Of a stretch of 32,000 nt of DNA, positions 7,394 through 15,556 are shown in pieces. Below the pieces are notes generated by a model, which worked only from the letters and a program-made list of their open reading frames with translations, had not been told where the DNA came from and did not search any database. The stretch lies in contig CAYNRQ010000001.1 of NCBI GenBank assembly GCA_964399875.1, positions 8,800-40,799 on the forward strand. Reading direction: 5' to 3'. The stretch comes from an uncultured archaeon. Lineage in GTDB: Archaea > Aenigmatarchaeota > Aenigmatarchaeia > QMZP01. Each line of letters starts with the position of its first letter. Within the stretch, counting starts at the first letter, position 1. The position numbers and the translations under genes are program-made.

Positions 7394-8098
7394 TCAGGTC
7401 CGAATTCCAACCTCTTCAAAACAGGATCTCAGGATTTTTTTAAGTTCCTCTAGTTCTTTTTTCTCAAAGCCCTTTTCCTTCTGGAATCCAGGGTCTATGG
7501 TTTTTTCATTTCTGAAATCCTGCAGGAAGAATCTCTTGCTGCCTTTCAGCCATTCACCAATCTTTATAATATCCTCTTTTGAATGGATTCTGGGAAGAAC
7601 AGTGGATCTAAACTCATAATCAACATCAGACTTTCTGATAATATCCACACTACTCTTTATCTTTTTCATGTTCACCTTGACCCCGGCAGCTTTTTCATAT
7701 CCATCAGGAGAGGACTTTATATCCATGGATATGTAGTCCAGTAGTTTTTCCTTAATTAAATCATCAACCATCTCAGGATTAGACCCGTTTGTATCCAGCT
7801 TAACAAGAAAACCCAAGGACTTTATCTTCCTGACAAAACCAATAAGCTCCGGATATAGTGTAGGTTCACCGCCAGTTATGCAGACACCATCCAGCCACTT
7901 CTTCCTTCCCTGTAAAAACTTAAAAAAATAATCCTCTGTTATTGTTTTATGTTTTTCAGGTTCTAAAACAAGCCCCGGGTTCTGACAGAACGGACACCTG
8001 AAGTTGCACCCGGCCAGAAAAACCACAGCGCATGTCCTACCAGGATAATCTATTACACTGAGTTTCTGCAGACCCTTTATCTCCAACCTACCTGCCAT
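7394..8098 (-). CDS. nrdG: Anaerobic ribonucleotide reductase activating enzyme (radical SAM)
   Basis: Has the radical-SAM motif CNFRCPFCQNP and the GGEPTLYPEL motif. I prefer the ATG at 8098 because GGAGG (8103-8107, minus strand) sits 4 nt upstream. The track start at 8122 would add 8 residues. Confidence 0.9.
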   Translation of the reverse strand: MAGRLEIKGLQKLSVIDYPGRTCAVVFLAGCNFRCPFCQNPGLVLEPEKHKTITEDYFFKFLQGRKKWLDGVCITGGEPTLYPELIGFVRKIKSLGFLVKLDTNGSNPEMVDDLIKEKLLDYISMDIKSSPDGYEKAAGVKVNMKKIKSSVDIIRKSDVDYEFRSTVLPRIHSKEDIIKIGEWLKGSKRFFLQDFRNEKTIDPGFQKEKGFEKKELEELKKILRSCFEEVGIRT

Positions 8099-9539
8099 AC
8101 TTCCTCCCGGTCTTGTATTCATGCTCTGTTTTATAACCTATGTCAATGTTGTATGTGTCGCCAATACATCCCCCACTTGAAACAGATGCTTTGTAGGCTT
8201 CTTTCTTTATTTCTTGAGGATTCATTACAAACCTTGAAATATTTTTTTTAACCATGGCAGGAACCTGAACAACAGCCATTTTGCTTGTGCTCGTAGGGAA
8301 TTTCCAGATTAGTTTTCCTTTTAGGTCTATACAATACAAGTTACAGTCCCAGGATCCGAAAAACATTCTGTTATCATGTATCAGTGGATTACTAATTAGC
8401 GGACCATTGGTTTTGAAGGCCCATAATTTTTTCCCTGTTTTTGCATCAAGGGCATACATATTAAAATCAGTTGAACCATAGTATACAACATCTTTATGAA
8501 CAGTTGGAGTAAAATAACCAGCCACACCCCCTGTACGAAATTTCCATTTCAGATTGCCATCCGTATCTACAGCATAAAGAACACCATCCTCACCGCAGAA
8601 GTAGACAATATTATTATGAACCGAACCTCTTCTATGGCTTATGGGATCACTAATCGTAAACTTCCATTTCAGTTTTCCATGCAAATCCAGGGCGTATAGA
8701 TTATGGTCATAACAAGTAACATATATGGTATCATTATATACAAAAGGTGAACCAATTCCAGAACCACCGGAGAATTTCCATATCAAGTTCCCGTTTTTTG
8801 AATCCAGAGCGTAAAGATTCTTGTCCCCTCCACCGAACAGAACCATGTTTTTATAAACAACAGGACTGGAGAAAATGCAGTCGTTTGTGGGAAATTTCCA
8901 TACCAGCTCCCCACCCGTAGAAACAGCATACAGATTCCCGTCATAGCTGCCAAAATAAATAATATCATCAGATATTGCAATAAAAAACGGGATATCCCTG
9001 CACTTGAATGTCCATAACTCTTTGCCGTCCAGGTCAACAGCATAGAGATTCATGTCATCTGATCCAAAATATATAACATCCTTGTATACCTTTGGCGATG
9101 ATGCAATAGAGTCTTTTGTATTGAATTTCCACAGCAATTTTCCAGTATTAACAGATACAGCATAAAGGTTTCCATCCCTGCATCCAAAATAAACAACACT
9201 CTTATACACACATGGTGTTGAAAATATCATATCACCAGCATTGTATTTCCACACAAGCCCCCCGTCCTTTGTGGATACTGCATAAAGACAGTTATCATAA
9301 GAACCAAAATACATGATATCATCGCACACTGCCGGTGAACCTACTATTAATCCTTTTGTGCAAAATCTCCACAGTTCTCTGCCTGTTTTTGCGTCTATTG
9401 CATAAAAATTCTTATCGCACGCCCCAAAATGAACCGCACCTTTATGCACAATCGGTGTTGAATAGATGCTGCCCCCAAGAGTTACATTAAAGATAGGAGC
9501 CTTTATTGTTTCCTTAATCAAGGATAGCATTGCAGACAT
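8088..9539 (-). CDS. PQQ-like beta-propeller repeat protein with 10 tandem repeats of about 40 aa
   Basis: There are ten repeats of the form ..SP.V....(V/I)YFG..D.NLYA(V/L)D...G.L.WKF, as in NFYAIDAKTGRELWRF through NLYCIDLKGKLIWKF. No obvious signal peptide or TM segment is present. Confidence 0.85.
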   Translation of the reverse strand: MSAMLSLIKETIKAPIFNVTLGGSIYSTPIVHKGAVHFGACDKNFYAIDAKTGRELWRFCTKGLIVGSPAVCDDIMYFGSYDNCLYAVSTKDGGLVWKYNAGDMIFSTPCVYKSVVYFGCRDGNLYAVSVNTGKLLWKFNTKDSIASSPKVYKDVIYFGSDDMNLYAVDLDGKELWTFKCRDIPFFIAISDDIIYFGSYDGNLYAVSTGGELVWKFPTNDCIFSSPVVYKNMVLFGGGDKNLYALDSKNGNLIWKFSGGSGIGSPFVYNDTIYVTCYDHNLYALDLHGKLKWKFTISDPISHRRGSVHNNIVYFCGEDGVLYAVDTDGNLKWKFRTGGVAGYFTPTVHKDVVYYGSTDFNMYALDAKTGKKLWAFKTNGPLISNPLIHDNRMFFGSWDCNLYCIDLKGKLIWKFPTSTSKMAVVQVPAMVKKNISRFVMNPQEIKKEAYKASVSSGGCIGDTYNIDIGYKTEHEYKTGRKYGR

Positions 9540-9604
9540 CTCAACTTCTCCGAATAGGGATTCGTCTACCTCAAAACCAATCCTAGACCCGGATTCTTAA
9601 TAAA

Positions 9605-11887
9605 TCATCCAGTCATTCTAGGAACAGGCCGTTCAAGCGCTTTCTTTTCTGAGTATTCAAGCCTGTCCTTGAATTCTTCCTGTTTTCCGTCATTCCATAT
9701 TTGTACAGGTCTGAAATACCCGACAACTCTTGAATAGACTTCGCATCGCTTCCCGCAAACATTTTTTTTACCGCCGCCATTGGGTTGTGGGCATGTGAAA
9801 TGTTCTCCCTTTACATAGCCATGTTCAGGACATCTTGAAAATGTTGGGGTTATGGAAAAATATGGAAGTTTTGTATTGTATGCAATCTTTTTGACCAGTT
9901 GCTTGCACGCTTCACCGGATGACATCCTCTCGCCCAGAAATGTATGGAATATTGTCCCACCTGTATACAACGGCTGAATATCATTCTGGTGTTCCAGTGC
10001 CTCAATAACATCATCTGTCTTATCAACAGGAAGATGTGTTGAATTGGTCAAGTAAGGCTCCTTTTTCCCAGCAGTTACTATATCAGGATACATTTTTTTA
10101 TCCTCTCTTGCAAACCTGTAAGATGTGCCCTCTGCAGGCGTCGCTTCCAGATTGTACAGATTTCCTGTTTCTTTCTGGAATTCCAGACATCTTTCTCTCA
10201 TAAACTTCAAAGTTTCAATAGCCAGCATCTTACCTTCTGGTGTTGATATGTCCTTGCCAAGGAGATTAAGGCAGGCTTCATTCATTCCGCAGAGCCCAAT
10301 TGTTGAAAAATGGTTTTTGAATGTTCCCAGATACCTCTTTGTGAAGGGCATCAAGCCGTTTTTCATATTCTTTTCAATAACCTCTCTCTTTATCTCCAGT
10401 GCATTCTTGCAAAGTGTCATATAATAGCCGAGCTTGTTGAAATAAAGTTTTCTCGCCTCCTCCTCAGACCCGGATTCCTTTCTCGCCTCATATCCAAGCC
10501 TGTTCACATTTACAGTCATCACTCCAATTGATCCAGTTGAATCTCCCGGACCCCACATGCCGCCAGGTCTTTTCAGCAGTTCAGACTGGTTGATATTTAG
10601 TCTGCAACACATCGCCCTTATGGATTTGGGATCAAGACCAGAACCCACGTAATTTTGAAAATATGGAAGGCCGTATTTCGCTGTCACTTCAAACAAAAGC
10701 TTAGCGTTCTCAGAATCCCAGTCAAAGCTTTTCGTTATGTTATATGTAGGAATTGGAAATGTAAACACGCCACCCGTTGCATCACCTTCAAGCATAACCT
10801 CCAGAAATGCTTTATTTATCATATCCATCTCATTCTGGCAATCACCGTATGTAAATTCCTGTGGTTTACCTCCAACTATAGCCTTCTCCTTTTTCATATC
10901 ATCTGGTACAGCCCAGTCAAAAGTAAGATTGGAAAATGGAAACTGACTGCCCCACCTTGAAGGAATATTTAAGGAGAAAACAAGCTGTTGCATATTCTGT
11001 TTAACAGCCTTATAATCTAGATTATCTGCCTTAACAAAAGGAGCAAGCAGCGTATCGATGGAATTAAATGCCTGTGCCCCGGCAAACTCCATCTGCAGGC
11101 ATCCTATATAGTTTACCATCTGGTGCACCACTGTAGACAAATGCTTTGCAGGTTTGCATTCTACTTTATTTGGAACCCCCCCGAAACCCCAGAGCAGAAG
11201 ATTCTTCAAGGAATGACCACAACAGTAACCAATGACGCCATGACTTAGATCATGTATGTGAATATACCCTTTTTTATGCGCATTGCTTATCTCTGCAGAA
11301 TAAAGCTCATTCAAATTATAGTTTGACATAACCTTTCCAGCAGTGTGCAATAAAAGACCAGAAAAAGAAAACGCCTCATTTGCATTCTCCTTCACTCTCC
11401 AATCAGTCTGATTAAGATATTCGCCTATAGTATTATTTACATCTAACAGTAATGTCTTCGTTTCCCTTATTTTTTCATGTTGTTTTCTGTAAAGTATATA
11501 GGCCTTTGCTGTTTTATAATGGCCGCTTTCAACCAGAACCTTTTCCACGATGTCCTGTATCTGCTCCACTGTTGGAACAGTGACACCGCCAAACTTTTCT
11601 TCAAGAACAGAAACAACCTTGTCAGAAAGAACCTTTGCCAGCTCCTTATCTGTTCCGCCAACAGCCTGTGCTGCCGCCCATATAGCGCTGGTTATTTTAT
11701 CCTGATTAAAATCAACTACCCTTCCGTTTCTTTTTTTGACTTTTGTTATAAGGCCCGTAACCCTTTCATATGTAGTAAATCTTTTTCCGCACTTTGTGCA
11801 TTCCCTTCTTCGTCTATTAACCTTATCATCAGAAACCCTTTTATCCACAACCCTTGTCTCAGAATGCTTGCAGAAAGGACATTTCAT
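9605..11887 (-). CDS. nrdD: Anaerobic (class III) ribonucleoside-triphosphate reductase with an N-terminal NrdR-like zinc ribbon and ATP-cone
   Basis: The C-terminus has the glycyl-radical motif SRVVGYFRPV and a Cys4 site (CPEHG..CPQP..CGKRC). The core has VKENANEAFS and AMCCRL. The N-terminus is MKCPFCKHSETRVVDKRV..RRRRECTKCGKRFTTYE followed by an ATP-cone (VKKRNGRVVDFNQDKI..AKAYILYRKQHE). Confidence 0.95.
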   Translation of the reverse strand: MKCPFCKHSETRVVDKRVSDDKVNRRRRECTKCGKRFTTYERVTGLITKVKKRNGRVVDFNQDKITSAIWAAAQAVGGTDKELAKVLSDKVVSVLEEKFGGVTVPTVEQIQDIVEKVLVESGHYKTAKAYILYRKQHEKIRETKTLLLDVNNTIGEYLNQTDWRVKENANEAFSFSGLLLHTAGKVMSNYNLNELYSAEISNAHKKGYIHIHDLSHGVIGYCCGHSLKNLLLWGFGGVPNKVECKPAKHLSTVVHQMVNYIGCLQMEFAGAQAFNSIDTLLAPFVKADNLDYKAVKQNMQQLVFSLNIPSRWGSQFPFSNLTFDWAVPDDMKKEKAIVGGKPQEFTYGDCQNEMDMINKAFLEVMLEGDATGGVFTFPIPTYNITKSFDWDSENAKLLFEVTAKYGLPYFQNYVGSGLDPKSIRAMCCRLNINQSELLKRPGGMWGPGDSTGSIGVMTVNVNRLGYEARKESGSEEEARKLYFNKLGYYMTLCKNALEIKREVIEKNMKNGLMPFTKRYLGTFKNHFSTIGLCGMNEACLNLLGKDISTPEGKMLAIETLKFMRERCLEFQKETGNLYNLEATPAEGTSYRFAREDKKMYPDIVTAGKKEPYLTNSTHLPVDKTDDVIEALEHQNDIQPLYTGGTIFHTFLGERMSSGEACKQLVKKIAYNTKLPYFSITPTFSRCPEHGYVKGEHFTCPQPNGGGKKNVCGKRCEVYSRVVGYFRPVQIWNDGKQEEFKDRLEYSEKKALERPVPRMTG

Positions 11888-11960
11888 ATATATGGCCCCA
11901 TGAACTTAAAACCCGGCATGCCTGTCTGTTATACCAGACAAATTCACCACTCTTAGATAA

Positions 11961-11976
11961 ATACTATATATTGTTA
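11961..11976. promoter_or_regulatory. NrdR-box-like palindrome A (ATACTATATATTGTTA)
   Basis: It matches 13 of 16 positions of the NrdR-box consensus acaCwAtATaTwGtgt, which I quote from memory. It lies 74-89 bp upstream of the nrdD ATG, just downstream of a TATA-like tctataaat (minus strand, about 11976-11984). Confidence 0.45.
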
Positions 11977-11992
11977 TTTATAGATATTTCTA

Positions 11993-12008
11993 CCACTATA
12001 TCTTGTGG
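11993..12008. promoter_or_regulatory. NrdR-box-like palindrome B (CCACTATATCTTGTGG)
   Basis: It matches 13 of 16 positions of the same consensus and has CCAC..GTGG arms. Its centre is exactly 32 bp from the centre of box A. Confidence 0.45.
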
Positions 12009-12080
12009 TTGAGTGCAATATATTATTTGTCCTAACCCCTATATAAACTTTTCTATCCTGAAGAATATATTTTCCAGAAC

Positions 12081-12422
12081 CTATCTTTTGATCTGTTTTT
12101 TACTTCTTCTTATAGTCAAATCCCTTCCAATAATCTTGTTGTCAATCATGTCAGCCTTTGATTTCAGAGACTTGGCCTTCTCCCTAAAACTGATGTTCAT
12201 CCACCTAGAAACAAGAAATATTGCTATAACAGCAATTATTGTAACCAAAATAGCAGCACCAAAAGAATAGATAAGGCCTTCGCCCTCAGGGACAAAATCA
12301 GCTATAAACTCCTTTATTGCATCCCTCCAAAAAAGGGCTATTATAAAACCAAAGGCGCTTATAATGGCAGTTCCTGTAACAGCCTTTATATTCATTTCCT
12401 TTGCATGTTCTTCAACACCCAT
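12081..12422 (-). CDS. Small two-TM membrane protein of unknown function
   Basis: Has two hydrophobic segments (AVTGTAIISAFGFIIALFW and FGAAILVTIIAVIAIFLV) and a G-rich SD (GGGGG) 5 nt upstream of the ATG. The FGFIIALFWRDAIKEFIADFVP pattern is faintly MscL-like, which is weak evidence. Confidence 0.6.
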   Translation of the reverse strand: MGVEEHAKEMNIKAVTGTAIISAFGFIIALFWRDAIKEFIADFVPEGEGLIYSFGAAILVTIIAVIAIFLVSRWMNISFREKAKSLKSKADMIDNKIIGRDLTIRRSKKQIKR

Positions 12423-12483
12423 AAGACCCCCAAAAATTTAATATTATTTTTGATTTCTTATTTAAATGTTTAATTCCAATTCC

Positions 12484-12586
12484 CCAGTGTGTTCACTGGT
12501 GGATAATCGTTCAGGAATCTGCATCTCAATGGCAATGGATGCAGAGATGTCTCGTGTCCAACTTTATATCGGAAGAGACACGAGTC
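12484..12586. ncRNA. Candidate structured RNA of unknown class (three consecutive hairpins)
   Basis: The stems are CCAGTG/CACTGG (12484-12499), CTGCATC/GATGCAG (12519-12544) and CTCGTGTC/GACACGAG (12551-12584). They sit in a 194-nt gap between two minus-strand genes. I found no tRNA, C/D-box or SRP signature. Confidence 0.25.
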
Positions 12587-12616
12587 TATTGACCGGTGGT
12601 TCTTGAGAAACAGAAG

Positions 12617-14074
12617 CTATTTAATCCTTTCAAATAAGTGCTTACCCTTTTTTACCTTCCCCTCCCATGGCCTAAACCTGCAGTCTTTTAATAAACCTTT
12701 TTCAACCCCTATCTGTCTGTTTATTTCTTCAGATGTTCCTGGCATAAAGGGCCATAAAAGGATGCTGATAATCCTTATACTTTCAAGCAGGTTATACAAT
12801 ATGCTTCCTAACTCTTTCCCTTCTTTCTTCCATGGTTCTTTCTGGTTTATATATTTATTAACCTCCCTGACAAACCCCATTATCTCTTGCAAAGCCAGAT
12901 GCAGCTCATAACATTCCATATATTTTTTGATTTTTTCCAGCTTTAGTTTGTTTTCCAATTCAGGCCTTCCTTCTATCTTCCCGTCAAACTTTTCTGCCAA
13001 CGTAAGAATCCTGGATACAAGATTTCCAAGATCAGAAACCAGTTCACCGTTTATCCTCTCAACCAACGTCTTCTCAGAAAAATCACCATCCTCACCAAAC
13101 GGTATCTCCTTGATAATAAAATATCTAAGAGAATCAACCCCGTATTTATCTGCAATCTCAAGAGGGTCAATAACAGTTCCTTTTGACTTACTCATCTTTT
13201 CTCCCCTAAGGTTTATGTAGCCATGAACCAAAACAGTCTTTGGCATCTCTATATCCGCAGCCTTTAATATAGAAGGCCAGATAACAGAATGGAACCAGTT
13301 TATACCTTTACCAATCATATGGATATCAGCAGGCCAGTACCTCTTAAACTTCTCCCCATCCGGATACCCCAGAGCTGAAATATAGTTTATAAGAGCATCC
13401 AGCCACACATATATCTTGTGATTGGGATCATTGGGTGTTGTTATCCCCCACCTTAGTTTTGTTCTGCTAACAGAAAGATCCTTAAGTCCCTCAGATTTTA
13501 CCCTGTTAAGCATTTCTATCCTTCTATAATCAGGCTGGACAAAACCCTTCTTGCTCAACAGGTCCAAAATAAATCCAGTGTACTTGCTCATCCTGAAAAA
13601 ATAACTCTCCTCCTTTAACCATTCCGGTTTTTCTCCGTGTTCCGGGCATCTGCCATCAACAAGGTCCTTTTCTGTAATAAAGGCCTCGCAACCCACACAG
13701 TAATACCCTTCATAAGAACCCTTGTATATGTCTCCCTTATCCAGAAGTTTCTGGAATATGGCCTTGCTTACATTAACATGCCTTTCTTCTGTTGTTCTGA
13801 TAAAATCATTATGACTTGTATTCAGTTTTTTGCACAAATCCTCGAACTTTTTGCTGTTTTTATCCACAAATGTCTTTACAGGAATATTGGCCTTCCTTGC
13901 AGCCTGCTCATTCTTCTGGGCATTCTCGTCCGTTCCTGTTAAAAAGAAAACATCCTTTCCCAGAATTCTCTGCCATCTGGCAATAACATCTGTTGTTATC
14001 TTCTCATACGCATGGCCGAGATGGGGGGAGGCATTGACATAATCAATAGCCGTGGTTATGTAAAATTTATCCAT
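12617..14074 (-). CDS. metG: Methionyl-tRNA synthetase (short form, no C-terminal tRNA-binding appendix)
   Basis: Has the HIGH motif (ASPHLGHAYE), KMSKS, and the zinc knuckle CVGCEAF..CPEHG. Confidence 0.95.
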   Translation of the reverse strand: MDKFYITTAIDYVNASPHLGHAYEKITTDVIARWQRILGKDVFFLTGTDENAQKNEQAARKANIPVKTFVDKNSKKFEDLCKKLNTSHNDFIRTTEERHVNVSKAIFQKLLDKGDIYKGSYEGYYCVGCEAFITEKDLVDGRCPEHGEKPEWLKEESYFFRMSKYTGFILDLLSKKGFVQPDYRRIEMLNRVKSEGLKDLSVSRTKLRWGITTPNDPNHKIYVWLDALINYISALGYPDGEKFKRYWPADIHMIGKGINWFHSVIWPSILKAADIEMPKTVLVHGYINLRGEKMSKSKGTVIDPLEIADKYGVDSLRYFIIKEIPFGEDGDFSEKTLVERINGELVSDLGNLVSRILTLAEKFDGKIEGRPELENKLKLEKIKKYMECYELHLALQEIMGFVREVNKYINQKEPWKKEGKELGSILYNLLESIRIISILLWPFMPGTSEEINRQIGVEKGLLKDCRFRPWEGKVKKGKHLFERIK

Positions 14075-14119
14075 TTTTTCACCTCTTTATTATTTTGTTC
14101 TGATTAAGATTATATATAT

Positions 14120-15556
14120 ATGAAAATTGAATTTAAAACCTTTTTACCCTTATTGATTTTGCCAATAATACTAGCCTTCTTAGGCTACTATATCCTTTAT
14201 CCTGTCCCCTTAAAATTCGACCCATCCATGCACGCAGAAATAGTTAATATAATCTCAATCCAGGGCTATCCAAACACATGGCAGCCCTATGCAAACAACA
14301 CCTTTACTTACACCCCATTGTTTCACTACCTCTCATACATACCATCTGTTTTTGGCCTAAGCCCAGTAGACTCTGTGATGATCCTGGGGATTTTAATCTA
14401 CATGCTCATACCCATATCAACCTACTACCTTGTCTTAAGTTTTAAAAAGAAAAAACAAACAGCCTTTCTAGCAGCTGTTACTATATCCTTTCTTCCCTTA
14501 TTGGGTAGTATATTCCTTCTGGGAGAATTCCCAGAGGTATTATCCCTTCTCCTACTCACACTCCTTCTTTACTCAATAAACACCAAGAGACACTTTCTTG
14601 TTTCTGTATTCACAGGATTGACAATATTATCCCACCCATTCATGGCCCTGGTTGCGATAATCCTCTGGCTATACAACTTCAAAAATTTAAAGAAGGAAAA
14701 ACCCAAGAACATCCTTTTTTACATCCTTATCCTTATAATCATCACAAGTTTCTGGATTCCAAAATATATCCAGATCATGGGTAATGCAGCCTCAGGCACA
14801 TGGCACAATTCCATATACGATACCCAGCAACCCTACTTAGCTTTTTGGCCTGCCAATGAGATCCAGATATTCCTGTTTGGTATGCATGTTCTAACACCAA
14901 TAATTCTACCTTTATCCATAATAGGATTTTTGTTCACCAGAAACAAACTTCTAAGAGCATTCTATATAATAACCCTTATCTTCACTATATACCACTTGCC
15001 ATATACACAGCTTAAGGTACTTGATCTTTTTGTAATACCATCCTCAATACTCGCTGCTCTTGGCCTTGAAAAAATCATAAACACATCAAAGAAACACAAC
15101 AAACACCTACCCAAGGCCATAGCAATATTTTTTATTCTATTAATGTTCTCCTTCCAGGTTACACATTTCATGCATGCAAAGGCCTACTGGGTTGACATTG
15201 AAAAAAGCCCTGAAATCCCTCTTGCCGAATCCTCACTATGGCTCAGGGATTATAACAACGGCTTTGTGAAAATCTATTCAGAACAGGCCCCAAGCTGGGT
15301 AGGAATCCTTTCCAACAAGATCCCTTTAGAACCATACATAACAGACCTAGAGGCCTACTCAGATGAGTACAAGGAACAACTCGAATACAGAAAAAACATA
15401 AACACATCAATATGCAGTTCAGACCTCGTACAGCTAGAATCCTTATTAAAAAAGCATGATATAAGATTCCTGTTCACAAAGGTAAACCTAACACCAGATT
15501 ACCTGAACAGAATCCACACAAACAGGGGATGGAATGTCTATGAAGTCAGCCTCTAG
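14120..15556 (+). CDS. Polytopic membrane protein, GT-C-like glycosyltransferase candidate (most divergent of the four)
   Basis: It has about 11-12 hydrophobic segments followed by a C-terminal soluble domain of about 130 aa. That layout matches the three neighbouring ArnT/PMT-like genes. The first-loop acidic motif is only FDPSMH. Confidence 0.5.
   Translation: MKIEFKTFLPLLILPIILAFLGYYILYPVPLKFDPSMHAEIVNIISIQGYPNTWQPYANNTFTYTPLFHYLSYIPSVFGLSPVDSVMILGILIYMLIPISTYYLVLSFKKKKQTAFLAAVTISFLPLLGSIFLLGEFPEVLSLLLLTLLLYSINTKRHFLVSVFTGLTILSHPFMALVAIILWLYNFKNLKKEKPKNILFYILILIIITSFWIPKYIQIMGNAASGTWHNSIYDTQQPYLAFWPANEIQIFLFGMHVLTPIILPLSIIGFLFTRNKLLRAFYIITLIFTIYHLPYTQLKVLDLFVIPSSILAALGLEKIINTSKKHNKHLPKAIAIFFILLMFSFQVTHFMHAKAYWVDIEKSPEIPLAESSLWLRDYNNGFVKIYSEQAPSWVGILSNKIPLEPYITDLEAYSDEYKEQLEYRKNINTSICSSDLVQLESLLKKHDIRFLFTKVNLTPDYLNRIHTNRGWNVYEVSL

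Noticed and set aside
11477-11956. A 159-aa plus-strand ORF across the nrdD 5' region and promoter.
   Set aside because: It is antisense to the clearly coding NrdR-like/ATP-cone region and has no motifs. Its composition is typical of reverse-frame translation.
12013-12028. A possible third NrdR-like box, GTGCAATATATTATTT, about 20 bp beyond box B.
   Set aside because: Only about 11 of 16 positions match, and the key G at position 13 is lost. It cannot be distinguished from generic AT-rich promoter sequence.
12013-12270. An 85-aa plus-strand ORF starting in the nrdD promoter region and running antisense into the membrane-protein gene.
   Set aside because: It overlaps the better-supported minus-strand gene at 12081..12422, starts inside the operator region, and has no motifs.
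12423-12616. A tRNA, C/D-box sRNA or SRP RNA in the long metG-downstream spacer.
   Set aside because: I could build no cloverleaf, having found no acceptor or T-arm with a GTTCRAATC-like loop. There are no RUGAUGA/CUGA box pairs, and the spacer is far too short for SRP RNA or RNase P RNA.
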